Virus record (IMG/VR): IMGVR_UViG_3300027896_005002
Coordinates: 352,030-416,029 of that record
Length of the DNA stretch: 64,000 nt
Strand: one strand, 5' to 3'
The notes under the pieces: model-generated
Seen by the model: the letters and a program-made list of their open reading frames with translations, nothing else
The model's database searches: none
Told to the model about the DNA's origin: nothing
Translations under genes and position numbers: made by a program
Part shown: positions 19,170 through 30,021 of the stretch, one piece after another
Position numbering within the stretch: position 1 is the stretch's first letter
How the letters are laid out: every line of letters starts with the position of its first letter

Positions 19170-22100
19170 TTAAAAAAACAAATTCAAAAAGCCTTGAATC
19201 TTATCTACATTCGGTCCACCAATCAATAATACCAATCCAGCAGTATAACCATTTTGACCTGAATCAGGACCTCCAATTGCAGATTTAACCTGAGCTTTTA
19301 TTCTTTCAACACCACCAGTTTTAACATCAATTCTAAGAATATAAAAACCTGCATTCGGAGAAAAAATAGTCTTTATAGTATCAATAATTTTTTCAATTTG
19401 ATCTATAAAATCTGCCAATGTATTAATCTTAACAGTCAACAAATCTATAAATTGTGTTACAGATTCAGATCCTTTTTGAATTGCATCAAGTTCTGAATTA
19501 ACCCAAGCTTCTAATGATTTAATAAAATCCTCAACGGGTTTAAATAAACTTTGTGCAGTCATATTCATCCAATTTGGGTATGTACCAGTAACACCTTCTT
19601 CTATTGATGTATAACCGGCACAAGAACCTGATGAATTACCTATCGTTGGCAAACAATAATTTGGATCATTTCTATATTGCTTATTATAATATTGTACTTC
19701 ACCACCTATTGTTCCATCCTGACATAAAACAGTATCAAAAAATAATCTATTTGGCACACATTTAGTACCTAACTTTGTATAACCGACATTTAAGCATGCG
19801 TTTCCACTATCATAAACACATCGTTTATTTACATATTGTTCACAAATTTGTTTATTGACACCATTAGCACACAAAATTTCATCAAAATTTATATTTTGTT
19901 TTCTACAAGCTGGTGAATAAGCCTTTATAGTATATTCTACGTATATATCATCACCATTTTGATAACCAATACTTGAAATATCACTAATTGTTAATATAGT
20001 TTTATTATTCTGTCTAGCTATTAACAAATCCCAACCATAAGTTAACTTTGTATCATTTAGTACTGTTATAAATCGATCATATCCAGGAGCATTTGTATCA
20101 ATTTTGCTCGTTTCCACATCAATGAATCTATCATAGTTAAAATTTAGATCATTACTTTTCATTCTACGTATAGTTTCACTCAAATTTCTAATTGAGATAT
20201 ATCTCATGTCAATCATATCATCAATTGTAAAAGTAAATGTATTTACTTGTTGAAATCCTGCATTAATTTGTATTTTTGTACTAACAGAAAAATTACTAGA
20301 TTGCTTCGCAATACCACTTCTATTAATAGATTTTACAATTACATTACTAAGTTTTTTGATCACAGTTGTTTGTGACTTATCAATATTACAAGCAAAATTT
20401 GCACATCTTTCAAAAATAACAGAATCTATCGATGGTTTTGCAAATAATTTTGATGAACCTACAACTTCATTTGATAATACACTACCACTACTCGATCCCA
20501 TTGTAGTTCTAATAGTATAATAATAATTTGTACCATTTTCAACACTTAAATCTTGATACTCATATCCTAACGGCATTGCAGGTTGAACATCTTTGCTCCA
20601 ACCAACAGCAAAATTGCTAAATCTAAGTTTATATTCAGATGCTTTCACACTACCTATCGGTTTTAACTTTTGTTTTGTTTGAGAATCAATAACATCACCT
20701 CTATTAGATATTATTGTCTTATTATCTGTATCATAATAATCTTGTTGAGCAATTATAGCATTTGATTGTAGTTGAGTCCTGTAAATATCAAATCCAGAAA
20801 CTAAATCAATTAAATTTTGTTTATGAAATATTCCAGATATACTAAATGTTATAAATTCCGGCAATTCCCATCGTACTATAACTTTTGAACTTCCAGAAAC
20901 AGCTGTAACATTTTTTGGTTCTTGAACCTGTGGTTGCCAATCTATTGACGTAAATATTTTCTGTAATGATTTTATTCCATTTATCACGTCAACAAGGTTT
21001 CCAGAATCAATAGCAATAATATATGCACCTACATCCGCTGATTCAGAAAATTGTGGTCGTTTACTATCAAAAATATCATCAAAAGAATCAGTAACTCTTT
21101 TCTTAAAAGCTTCAGATCCACCTCCAACACTTGCCAAAAATTTTGCAAATCCAGGTTCAGCTTCTACAGTCGGATCATTATAATTTATATTTGGAAATAC
21201 AGGCAATAAATAAACACCAGATGCAGCTAAATCATTAACATATTGTTCAATAGCTTTTGATAATGCAGTCAATATTGCTTTTAATGCACTTCCAGTATCA
21301 ACCAATAATACTTTAACAACACTTAACACACTATTAATTAATTTTAATATTGTCTTCATTGGATCTATTACATTTTTAATAGCATCTGCTGTTGATATAA
21401 TAGACTTCGGTAACATTGACTGTAAATCAAATGATTCCCATGCACCTTCAGGAACAACTCCAAGACCTTTTAACACAACATCTACTTGAGGTCGATCTAT
21501 ATCACTACTATTTATTCGAATTTTTCCTAAAAGATCACCTGATGTACTTGGTGCAAATATTATTGAATAAAACGCTGAACCGCCAGGAGCTATAGTTGTC
21601 GGTATAAATCCTGCAACACTATACGAAGATGAAGCACTATCTATAACACTAATATTAGTAACACTCAATGTATCATTACCAATATTATTAATCGTCACAG
21701 TTCTTTGACTTGAAGTTTTAACATTAGTATCTGCAAATAATATTTTATCTTCAACTTCAATAATTGGTTTATGAACACCAGTACCAGTGATAGTAATAAT
21801 AATTTGACTATTTATAGGATCATCACATGTAATTCTTAATTTAGCTGTATATGACACTGTATCTAATGGTTTGAATATTACATCAAAATTATAGAAATTA
21901 TTTGCTAAAACAATAGCTGATATTGGAGAAATTACAAAAACATCTGATATTAATTGTATTGAAACAATCAAATCAACACTATTAATGTTTTGTATTGACA
22001 ATATATGCTTACTTTCAATATTAGTAGGTTGATTTCCAAAATTTATATCTGATGTATCAACTAAAATTTGAGGATATATACCTTGACCAGTGACATGAAT

Positions 22101-22979
22101 TGATAAATCATTTAGTGAATTACTTTGTACAACAATATCTTGATCCACCAATGCATCATCAGTAGGTTGAAAAAATATGCCTAAAGTATAAATATTTCCA
22201 GGATTAATACTAAAAGGATAACTCTCATTTACAGAAAATGGCAAACTAAAATTTATGTTTGAAACTGTAATTACAACATTTCCTGTGTTCTTAAGTTCAA
22301 CTTTTTGCTCAATTTTTTGACCAACTTTTGTTTCAAATTTTGATGGTATACTATTTAAAAATAATGATATTATTGGTTCAATTCCTGCGCCAGAACAAAC
22401 TATTGGATCAATCAATATATTTGCAGTAAAAGTTAATTGAGCAGCTATAAGTTGCTCAACTGTAGTAGGAGTAAAAGTTACAGCAACAACGATAGATTCA
22501 CCGCTAACAACTTCAAAACTTGTTTGACTAATAGTTATATCAGGATTTAGCAATGCTTGAATGTTTGTTATATTTAAAATCGAACCATTTGTAGCAATAT
22601 TAGACACAGTCATTGATAAAGTTAACAATTCACCAATAACAACATCTCCAAAATTAAGAATTCCTGGATCAATAGATACAATGGGTTCTAATATTACAGC
22701 TATTGCATCGATAATAACATCGGGACCAGCATTATTTGAAATAGTTATTGTAGCAGATTGATCAGTATTTGCAGTATATACAAATGTAATTTGCACCCAG
22801 TCATAAGCAGCAATAGTAAAAGGTACAGCATTAGTATTAAAATCTACACTTGAAATATTTATATTAGTGATATCAACGGGATTATTACTAGTATTATATA
22901 GCGACAATATTTTTGATGCCGAATATCCTTTAGATACTGGGTCAAAATCAATTACAGTTAATGATGGTGTTACACTCAT
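19170..22979 (-). CDS. Baseplate-region protein with tandem ASH/choice-of-anchor-D Ig domains, FN3, a Cys-rich segment and a duplicated helical domain
   Basis: Four to five P.I.V....L.FG.V.......I.N.G...L.V repeats; FN3-like PKNVTAVSGSSKVIVRW; about 11 Cys in the C-terminal third. Confidence 0.6.
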   Translation of the reverse strand: MSVTPSLTVIDFDPVSKGYSASKILSLYNTSNNPVDITNINISSVDFNTNAVPFTIAAYDWVQITFVYTANTDQSATITISNNAGPDVIIDAIAVILEPIVSIDPGILNFGDVVIGELLTLSMTVSNIATNGSILNITNIQALLNPDITISQTSFEVVSGESIVVAVTFTPTTVEQLIAAQLTFTANILIDPIVCSGAGIEPIISLFLNSIPSKFETKVGQKIEQKVELKNTGNVVITVSNINFSLPFSVNESYPFSINPGNIYTLGIFFQPTDDALVDQDIVVQSNSLNDLSIHVTGQGIYPQILVDTSDINFGNQPTNIESKHILSIQNINSVDLIVSIQLISDVFVISPISAIVLANNFYNFDVIFKPLDTVSYTAKLRITCDDPINSQIIITITGTGVHKPIIEVEDKILFADTNVKTSSQRTVTINNIGNDTLSVTNISVIDSASSSYSVAGFIPTTIAPGGSAFYSIIFAPSTSGDLLGKIRINSSDIDRPQVDVVLKGLGVVPEGAWESFDLQSMLPKSIISTADAIKNVIDPMKTILKLINSVLSVVKVLLVDTGSALKAILTALSKAIEQYVNDLAASGVYLLPVFPNINYNDPTVEAEPGFAKFLASVGGGSEAFKKRVTDSFDDIFDSKRPQFSESADVGAYIIAIDSGNLVDVINGIKSLQKIFTSIDWQPQVQEPKNVTAVSGSSKVIVRWELPEFITFSISGIFHKQNLIDLVSGFDIYRTQLQSNAIIAQQDYYDTDNKTIISNRGDVIDSQTKQKLKPIGSVKASEYKLRFSNFAVGWSKDVQPAMPLGYEYQDLSVENGTNYYYTIRTTMGSSSGSVLSNEVVGSSKLFAKPSIDSVIFERCANFACNIDKSQTTVIKKLSNVIVKSINRSGIAKQSSNFSVSTKIQINAGFQQVNTFTFTIDDMIDMRYISIRNLSETIRRMKSNDLNFNYDRFIDVETSKIDTNAPGYDRFITVLNDTKLTYGWDLLIARQNNKTILTISDISSIGYQNGDDIYVEYTIKAYSPACRKQNINFDEILCANGVNKQICEQYVNKRCVYDSGNACLNVGYTKLGTKCVPNRLFFDTVLCQDGTIGGEVQYYNKQYRNDPNYCLPTIGNSSGSCAGYTSIEEGVTGTYPNWMNMTAQSLFKPVEDFIKSLEAWVNSELDAIQKGSESVTQFIDLLTVKINTLADFIDQIEKIIDTIKTIFSPNAGFYILRIDVKTGGVERIKAQVKSAIGGPDSGQNGYTAGLVLLIGGPNVDKIQGFLNLFF

Positions 22980-23176
22980 ATTTTTGACTTCAATTCTTTT
23001 ATTTTGTTATTAAATATTTCATCATCAATTTGAATCACACCTAATTTTTTTAAATTCTCTAACTTATGTATCAATTGTTCTTGTTCATGTACTAAAGCTT
23101 CTTTTAAAGACTTTAATAATGGTTCTAAAATATTATCTTGAAGGCCTAATGATGTTTTCTTTTCCCAAGTAGCCAT
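22976..23176 (-). CDS. Small hypothetical protein
   Basis: 66-aa ORF overlapping the next start by ATGA. Confidence 0.55.
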   Translation of the reverse strand: MATWEKKTSLGLQDNILEPLLKSLKEALVHEQEQLIHKLENLKKLGVIQIDDEIFNNKIKELKSKI

Positions 23177-23178
23177 AT

Positions 23179-23697
23179 TTATCCTTTTGTCAATTCAGCA
23201 ATTTTCTTTTTAAGTTCAACTATTTCCAATTTAGCTTTCTCTAATTCCGTTTTTTCATTTATACATATTGGCAATAATGCATCAGATTGTTCTATTGATA
23301 AAGACTCTGGCAACAAATTTTCATCTATCAGGAATGGATCAATTTCAACTTCTTCATTCATTGCAGCTTGCACATCCATGACTGAATATTCTTTTATTAA
23401 AGTTTCTAATTCTTTACCAAAATTATCCATGTCTTGTAGCACATAATTATTATCCATTATAGTCGGCATGTTTTTTTCATTTTTTATTGAATATTTTTGA
23501 CATAATATTCGTCGTTTCTTTTCAAATTCAACTAAAGGTCTTTCAATATCAATTATAACAGTCATCTCTTCATGAAATCTTACTTTATTTTTAGAAATAG
23601 CTATAGCAAATTTTGTATTAACTTTTTCTTTACTAAAACTATTTATTATTACATGTAATTTTTTCAAACTATTTCGACTAATTTTAATCATATTCAT
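23179..23697 (-). CDS. Small phage protein, DUF1617-like (possible fibre chaperone)
   Basis: KFAIAISKNK...FEKKRRILCQKYSIKNEKN pattern recalled from DUF1617-type phage proteins; follows a fibre-like gene. Confidence 0.35.
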   Translation of the reverse strand: MNMIKISRNSLKKLHVIINSFSKEKVNTKFAIAISKNKVRFHEEMTVIIDIERPLVEFEKKRRILCQKYSIKNEKNMPTIMDNNYVLQDMDNFGKELETLIKEYSVMDVQAAMNEEVEIDPFLIDENLLPESLSIEQSDALLPICINEKTELEKAKLEIVELKKKIAELTKG

Positions 23698-23701
23698 CTC
23701 C

Positions 23702-26700
23702 TTAAATCATTGATTTTAATTCATTAATTTTAGAATTATTATTTGAAATCATGTTTGTCGCTGTTACAATGTTCTGTTGTTTTTCACCAACTTTATAATA
23801 AGACCCAGTTTTCTTATTCAAACGTTTTATCACTTGCTGCCATCTATTATCATAATATGATCCTGGATTATAAAAATACAAATAATTTTCAATATTAATT
23901 AGTCTAGTAATAACCCAGGGTATCCTACCATTAGGAGAATTATTAATTGCTGCTATTCTATTACCAATGAGATTAAATCTTGCAATTCTATCACTATCCG
24001 TCATTCCCGACATACAATGTACTAAACTACTATAATTATTATTTTCACTTGTAATAGCAGTTATTAAATCAGGATTTGGATTACCACTATTAATCGGATC
24101 ATACATACTATTTGAAAGTTCTTGACCCAATACTAATAACTCATTTCCTGCAACAGACAATTCTGAACTTGCAATAGTATGCCAACTACTAAAACTAAAT
24201 GATGGTAATACATACCAACTATTAAAAGTGCCTGATCCAGTTATAGATGTTATATTAACAATTAATGTTCCAGGACCTGGATTGTATGATATTACAGTAC
24301 CTATCATTGTATGAGTATTATCATAATAAATTGTAATCGACTGTCCAAATGACAATGATAAAGTAGAATTAACATGTAACGTCTGACTACCAGTTGAAAT
24401 TAACAGTGATGTATTACTTGTAGATAATAATAATAATGTATGTTCAGATTGTAAATATCCTAATTCAGGATAAACTAAAAAATTATAAAAAACATTCCAA
24501 TAATCATATGACCCTGAACCTACAGTTGATGTTATGTTAACAACTAAACTTCCATTTAAAGGATTATAAGATGTCACTGTGCCAATCATTTCATTTGAAC
24601 TAGTATTTGCTAGAACAATATACTGTCCTGGATTTATTATTAATCCTAAATCAACTGTTATTAAAGTTTTTGTTCCTAAACCTATTGTCAATGGTGTTCC
24701 TGATAAAGTAAATGAACATTCTTTAAGACTATTGACAGTATAATACGGTGGCTGATAATTAAATACTTGTTTTTGTACAAATTGCGGAATTTCTGACATA
24801 CTAAAAAAATCAGCACCAGAAAAAGTTACAGAATAATTTGCTGTAAAAGTTCCCGGTCCTACTAAATCAACTTCTGAAAAACCTAAATATCTTGCCATGC
24901 TAAAGGCTTTATTTGATCCTGAACCAAATAAAAATGAACCTGCTGTAAGGGTTATAATAAATTTTGATAATGATTGTTTATATTGAACAGTACAAATTGG
25001 TATAGTATCCTGAATTAATGTTGCTAATTCTGATTCAGAATAATTACCATAAGCGAATGCATAAGGTCCTATAGGTATATCAATAATATTATTACCACCA
25101 TCAATTTTTAATTTTCCACCATATAATCTTGGTTGCCCTAAACTAGCAGTATCGTATTCATTTGTCGTTTGTAAAACCAAACCTGTATTTAAAACATCTG
25201 TTGATATGATCATCGGATTTTGTATTGAAAGTAATGAATAACATGAATGCCAATAATCAGTTGTTAAATCTGAACAACTAAATCCATTACTATTTAGAAA
25301 ATCATACAAAGCTTTTATTGTATCATATGATGTCTCATTATTTCTTACTTCTGTTGGTGTTACCATTCCAATAAAAGGACTTAAATCTCTAAGAGGATCT
25401 TCTGCAGCTAAAAATTGTATTGACGACGTCGGACCAAAAGTCGGAGAATACACTGTAAATTTATTATTTGTAGTATAATAATCACATTCAACATCAGGTA
25501 CAGACTCCCGAATTTTACTTTGAATCAATACTGCTAATGCAGAACCATTATTTGCCTGTGCGGGCTTCAATAAACTATCAGTAAAATCCCATCGCCAATC
25601 AGAACTGAAATCATCTAAAGCATACCCTAAATTATTGTTAAATTCTGGTTTTCTAATATCACCATAAGTAAATTCTAATCTATATACATTACCATCAATA
25701 TTTACTTTCAATTTATTATTAGCATATCTACCGATAATTTGTTTTTGATTGTCAAATCCCATTAAACTTGATAATTCAATTGTTGAAACTATCCAATACC
25801 TATAAACTTGTGATGGAGGACCTGAAGAAACAATGCTTGTAGCATTTATTGCTATTTCTCCATTTATAGGATTATATGAAATAATATTGCCTCTCATAAA
25901 ATTCAAATTGTCATAAATAATATCAACCATTTCACCAACAAATAAAGTTGTCAAATTCTTTTCAACATTAAATATTCGTAATCCAATATTTATTGTAAGT
26001 GCAGAATCAGAAATTGTCAATATTTTTCTATTTATTATCCAATTACTATACATTCCAGAACCAATCACAGTTGTAATATTAACAATTAATTTGCCTGTGA
26101 CTGGATCATATGATACAACACTACCGACCATTCTATTATTTTCGTCATTAAATAATTCAACAATCGAATTTACAGGAAATATTAATTTAGTATCTACAGT
26201 TAAAGTCTGTTGTTCTGCTACTAATGCCAAAGTATCAAAAGATTGTATTGTCTTATTTACAATAACTTGTGCTGTCGATGTCGGACCAACATTACTTGAT
26301 GCAATTGTAAAAGTTTTTGCTGAACTATTATAAATACATTTTGCATCTGCAAAACCAGCAGCACCTAATGCTAATGTAATTTGTCCGGCTAAAGCATCAG
26401 CTGCAATATCTGATTTACCACTTAAAGCATTTAAAATATCTTCAGTATAAACTTGAACATCAGTATCAATACCGCCATCAAAATTAACAGTTATGAAATT
26501 ATTACTATTATAAATTGTATAACTTAATGGTACATTTCTATATGTTGTTGTTGACCCATGTCTATCTCTAGTCCACAATTCAAAATTGGGACTAGTTATA
26601 TTACCTGAAACATTATAAGCTCGAGAAGAAATAATAGGAACATTTATTGGCGGAGTAGTTGCTATAAATCTACTATCATTTATAGTGATTCTAACATCAA

Positions 26701-27943
26701 ACGTTGTACTAATAAAAGATGCTCTTGCTGATCCTTGATATATCCAATGTATTGTTCTTATAACATTACTATTATTGAATGCTAGTACTCTTACTAAAAT
26801 TCTATCAGTTACAAGCAAAGAAATATCTGAAGAAATAATATAATTAACAATTTCATTTTGTGCAGACAAAGATGACACAGCAGTAATAGCTGATGTAGAA
26901 TCTGTAATAAATAATGAAGTTATTATTCCATTAACATCTATTTTACAAACTTCAAATTTTACAGTTACTATTCCAATACTTATTGAATCAACCCAAAACC
27001 AACCATTAAAAGTCCAAGTTCCAGCACGTATAACATTATTGTTAGTAAATGTTCGTCCAGGAAAATCTATAGCAGTTATATAATTTTCAATTACATCACC
27101 ACTATTGTCAATATTGATGATTTCAAATGATCTATCTTGTTCTACACCAAATGCTATTCCTTCAGTAAATTGTTTATTGTTAATAACAAAAGTAACAAAT
27201 GATTTTCCTGTATCTTCATATGTTAATATAGTACATGCGCTTAAAATTAATTCCAAATCATTGACAACTATCACTGTATAAATACCATCATTTAATGATG
27301 AATTTGTTACTTTAAGTCTACATTGTGATATCCAACCATCTTGAATAAAACTACCTGATCTTCTAGTTATTATATTTGGATGTATAAATTTTACTTTGTT
27401 TACATTTGCCTCGGACATTACTGTTTGATCAAGTATTAGATATAAATCATTAACATTTGTTATTGTATAAATACCATCATTTAATTCAGACCCTTCTATT
27501 TTAAGTCTTTGTTGCGATAACCAACCATCTTGAATAAAACTGCCTGATCCTCTAGTGATTACATTCGGATAAACAAATGTTACATCAAATACCTGAATAA
27601 AAGGTGCAAAAATTATATGATCTATTGTCGTCGTTGGAAAATTAATAATATTACTATCATTAGTATTAAAAAATAATCTACAAATTGAAGTTATTGAAAA
27701 AGCAGGTTGTTGAACTGGATTAATAATTGTTTTTCCATCAAGTATTCTTCTTTCTTCTTCCAATTCAAATACTTGTGCATGAGTTTCATCAACATATTTT
27801 TTACTAGAAATATCGACTAACATTAAATTATTAACTGTTTTAATATCTGATGAAATACTGTCCTGTAATTGTTTATTTTGACTAATCAAATCATCGATTT
27901 GTTTTTGAATTAGTCCTTTATCCCTGTCACTTAAAGTCGGCAT
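23702..27943 (-). CDS. Large baseplate/tail-fibre-like protein with repeated beta modules and coiled-coil termini
   Basis: Start moved to the ATG at 27943 (MPTLSDRDKG; SD AAGGAG). Four TI..G..T....G.V.SY.P..G.L.VNIT...GSG...W modules. Confidence 0.6.
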   Translation of the reverse strand: MPTLSDRDKGLIQKQIDDLISQNKQLQDSISSDIKTVNNLMLVDISSKKYVDETHAQVFELEEERRILDGKTIINPVQQPAFSITSICRLFFNTNDSNIINFPTTTIDHIIFAPFIQVFDVTFVYPNVITRGSGSFIQDGWLSQQRLKIEGSELNDGIYTITNVNDLYLILDQTVMSEANVNKVKFIHPNIITRRSGSFIQDGWISQCRLKVTNSSLNDGIYTVIVVNDLELILSACTILTYEDTGKSFVTFVINNKQFTEGIAFGVEQDRSFEIINIDNSGDVIENYITAIDFPGRTFTNNNVIRAGTWTFNGWFWVDSISIGIVTVKFEVCKIDVNGIITSLFITDSTSAITAVSSLSAQNEIVNYIISSDISLLVTDRILVRVLAFNNSNVIRTIHWIYQGSARASFISTTFDVRITINDSRFIATTPPINVPIISSRAYNVSGNITSPNFELWTRDRHGSTTTYRNVPLSYTIYNSNNFITVNFDGGIDTDVQVYTEDILNALSGKSDIAADALAGQITLALGAAGFADAKCIYNSSAKTFTIASSNVGPTSTAQVIVNKTIQSFDTLALVAEQQTLTVDTKLIFPVNSIVELFNDENNRMVGSVVSYDPVTGKLIVNITTVIGSGMYSNWIINRKILTISDSALTINIGLRIFNVEKNLTTLFVGEMVDIIYDNLNFMRGNIISYNPINGEIAINATSIVSSGPPSQVYRYWIVSTIELSSLMGFDNQKQIIGRYANNKLKVNIDGNVYRLEFTYGDIRKPEFNNNLGYALDDFSSDWRWDFTDSLLKPAQANNGSALAVLIQSKIRESVPDVECDYYTTNNKFTVYSPTFGPTSSIQFLAAEDPLRDLSPFIGMVTPTEVRNNETSYDTIKALYDFLNSNGFSCSDLTTDYWHSCYSLLSIQNPMIISTDVLNTGLVLQTTNEYDTASLGQPRLYGGKLKIDGGNNIIDIPIGPYAFAYGNYSESELATLIQDTIPICTVQYKQSLSKFIITLTAGSFLFGSGSNKAFSMARYLGFSEVDLVGPGTFTANYSVTFSGADFFSMSEIPQFVQKQVFNYQPPYYTVNSLKECSFTLSGTPLTIGLGTKTLITVDLGLIINPGQYIVLANTSSNEMIGTVTSYNPLNGSLVVNITSTVGSGSYDYWNVFYNFLVYPELGYLQSEHTLLLLSTSNTSLLISTGSQTLHVNSTLSLSFGQSITIYYDNTHTMIGTVISYNPGPGTLIVNITSITGSGTFNSWYVLPSFSFSSWHTIASSELSVAGNELLVLGQELSNSMYDPINSGNPNPDLITAITSENNNYSSLVHCMSGMTDSDRIARFNLIGNRIAAINNSPNGRIPWVITRLINIENYLYFYNPGSYYDNRWQQVIKRLNKKTGSYYKVGEKQQNIVTATNMISNNNSKINELKSMI

Positions 27944-27953
27944 CTCATCTCCT

Positions 27954-28571
27954 TTAAAATATTTTACCTGTATCAGTCCCAACGCTCGGGATTGGAGGAA
28001 ATGCTGGCGGTACTGGTCCAACTGCAACACCAGTTATTGTCGTGTTTACAATTGCAGTTTGAAAAGCAGCCGCAACTCCATATCCTATTCCATTTGCTAA
28101 TTGAAAATTTTTTGTTCCTACTAAACCTACAGCAACCATTTGAGCTAATATAATTGATGCCATCATCGGTCCTATTATACCAACAATTATTCCTGTACCA
28201 GTTCCAATACCTACTATAGTTGATACACCTTGAACTATAGCTGTTGTCATGTGAGAAGCCACTGCATTTCCAATTGCCATTGACATTGGTTGCATTTTAC
28301 TGCCTATCAACCCTTGTGCAGTACATTGCAAAAAAATCAAATTTCCAACAGTTGATCCTATAATTATTCCACCAGATAATGTACCAATTGATGCACCTGT
28401 TCCCAATCCCAATCCAGTTGACACCCCATTATATATTGCAGTTGACAATACATTAGTTACAATTCCATTTCCAATAGCCATTGACAATTGTGGCACCATT
28501 GTTCCTGTAAATCCTATAGAAGCAAGTTGTGCCTGGATTTGAGCTCCAAGCAATGATCCATTAATTGGCAT
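27954..28571 (-). CDS. Gly/Ala-rich protein with an internal 3-fold repeat; candidate spike-tip protein
   Basis: Three repeats of I.AQ....G..G.....L..AIG.GV; first structural gene after the spike. Confidence 0.45.
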   Translation of the reverse strand: MPINGSLLGAQIQAQLASIGFTGTMVPQLSMAIGNGIVTNVLSTAIYNGVSTGLGLGTGASIGTLSGGIIIGSTVGNLIFLQCTAQGLIGSKMQPMSMAIGNAVASHMTTAIVQGVSTIVGIGTGTGIIVGIIGPMMASIILAQMVAVGLVGTKNFQLANGIGYGVAAAFQTAIVNTTITGVAVGPVPPAFPPIPSVGTDTGKIF

Positions 28572-29964
28572 GATTAATTACATTTCTGTTTTTATGTCGT
28601 AATTTAGTATAAAAACCTTCTTGTTTTATCTGTACATTATTTTCATATAATATTTTTTTCACTCTTTTTTTAAGAACATTATATTTATAACATATTTGTC
28701 TAATCGACGTATTATTCTGATAATCTATCAGAATATTTTTTTTAATATCATCAGTAATAATTGTCAAATTATGATCTTTATTAACTTTATCTAAATGTTT
28801 ACCATAATTTTCATTATATTTTTCAATTTGTTTTTTCTTTCTATCATCCTTAGCATCTTCTGGCAAAATTTTATTAAGATCTTCTCGTTTTATTTTATAT
28901 TTTTTATCAAGTTTATGTAAACTACAATTTGTACGATATTCACTAATAATGTCATTAATACAATATGACATTACAAACTGACGAAATTTTTCAATATCAT
29001 TTAAATAATCTTTTATCCATAAATGATATATTTGATCAATAATTCTATATGTTGTATTATATTTTTCTGCAAGTTTTGTTAAATTCAATCTATTAATTAT
29101 ACAATCTTTAATTATTATTATTTTGTCTTTTTCATATATTTCAATAAATTTTTTTAATGATATATCTTTAGTATAATCTAATTCATAAAAATCAAGTCTA
29201 ATATTTAATTTTTTGTCAATATCAAGTATATCAAACACATTCAATTTGTTTTTATCATAAATTTCAAATTGTTCATTAGGATATAATTTTTTAATAATTT
29301 GCATTTTTTGTTGATCTGATTTTTTAAAATATCCTTTTACTTCAACAAAAATATTATCGTCAATTAAATAAAAATCAGGACAATAAGTATGATCTATATT
29401 ATTTATTTGATAAGTAAATTGTCTTACATGTTCATGACAATAGAATCTTTTATTTTGTTGTATTAACCATAAACCAAATTTAAATTCCCATGATCCTTGA
29501 TATGTTTTTCCTTCATAAAAGTACCATCGACATTGACCAGCTCCCACTGATGGAGCTTTACCAAAATTCGGATGATTTTTGCCAACACCTAATCCTAATT
29601 TTATTTGTTCTTGTCTAGCTTCATTACAAGTTTTCAATTTAATATTAGCGTGTTTAAGTATAATACTTATAGTTTTTCTACTTAAATTATATTTTCTTTC
29701 AAGTGATCTTAAATTATTGCCAGACTTTTGATATTCATTAACAATGTTTTTGCCAATATCTGATTCAAAAATTTTTTTATTTTTTTGTATTAAAAATGAA
29801 CGTTTAATTTGAATATTATTATATTGTAATAGATCTTTAATTACTGATCTACTTACATTATATTTTTTAGAAATTTTTCTTATTGGTAAACCATTTTTGT
29901 ATTCTTTAATTAAATTTAAACCTTCATCTGTTGTTGATAATTCTCTAATTTTTTGAATTGACAT
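28561..29964 (-). mobile_element. Free-standing PD-(D/E)XK homing endonuclease with multiple HTH-like repeats
   Basis: YQGSWEFKF...HTYCPDFYL..NIFVEVKGY catalytic motif; repeated Y..G..IR.I..KYN.SR helix-turn-helix units; K/I/N-rich insert between structural genes. Confidence 0.75.
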
Positions 29965-29974
29965 ATTAATTTCT

Positions 29975-29999
29975 CCTTTAAATAATTGTCATTTAAAGG
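29975..29999 (-). promoter_or_regulatory. Hairpin sequestering the SD of the endonuclease gene
   Basis: Minus strand CCUUUAAAU-GACAAUU-AUUUAAAGG(AG): a 9-bp stem whose 3' arm contains most of the AAAGGAG SD just upstream of the ATG at 29964. Confidence 0.6.
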
Positions 30000-30021
30000 T
30001 TGACCAGTTATCAATTAATTA

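Noticed and set aside
27944-28030. ORF-track N-terminal extensions (also 40252-40320, 38432-38509, 48275-48316, 47215-47256)
   Set aside because: They overlap upstream genes or RNA structure. Downstream ATGs have clear SD motifs, except 40251, which remains uncertain.
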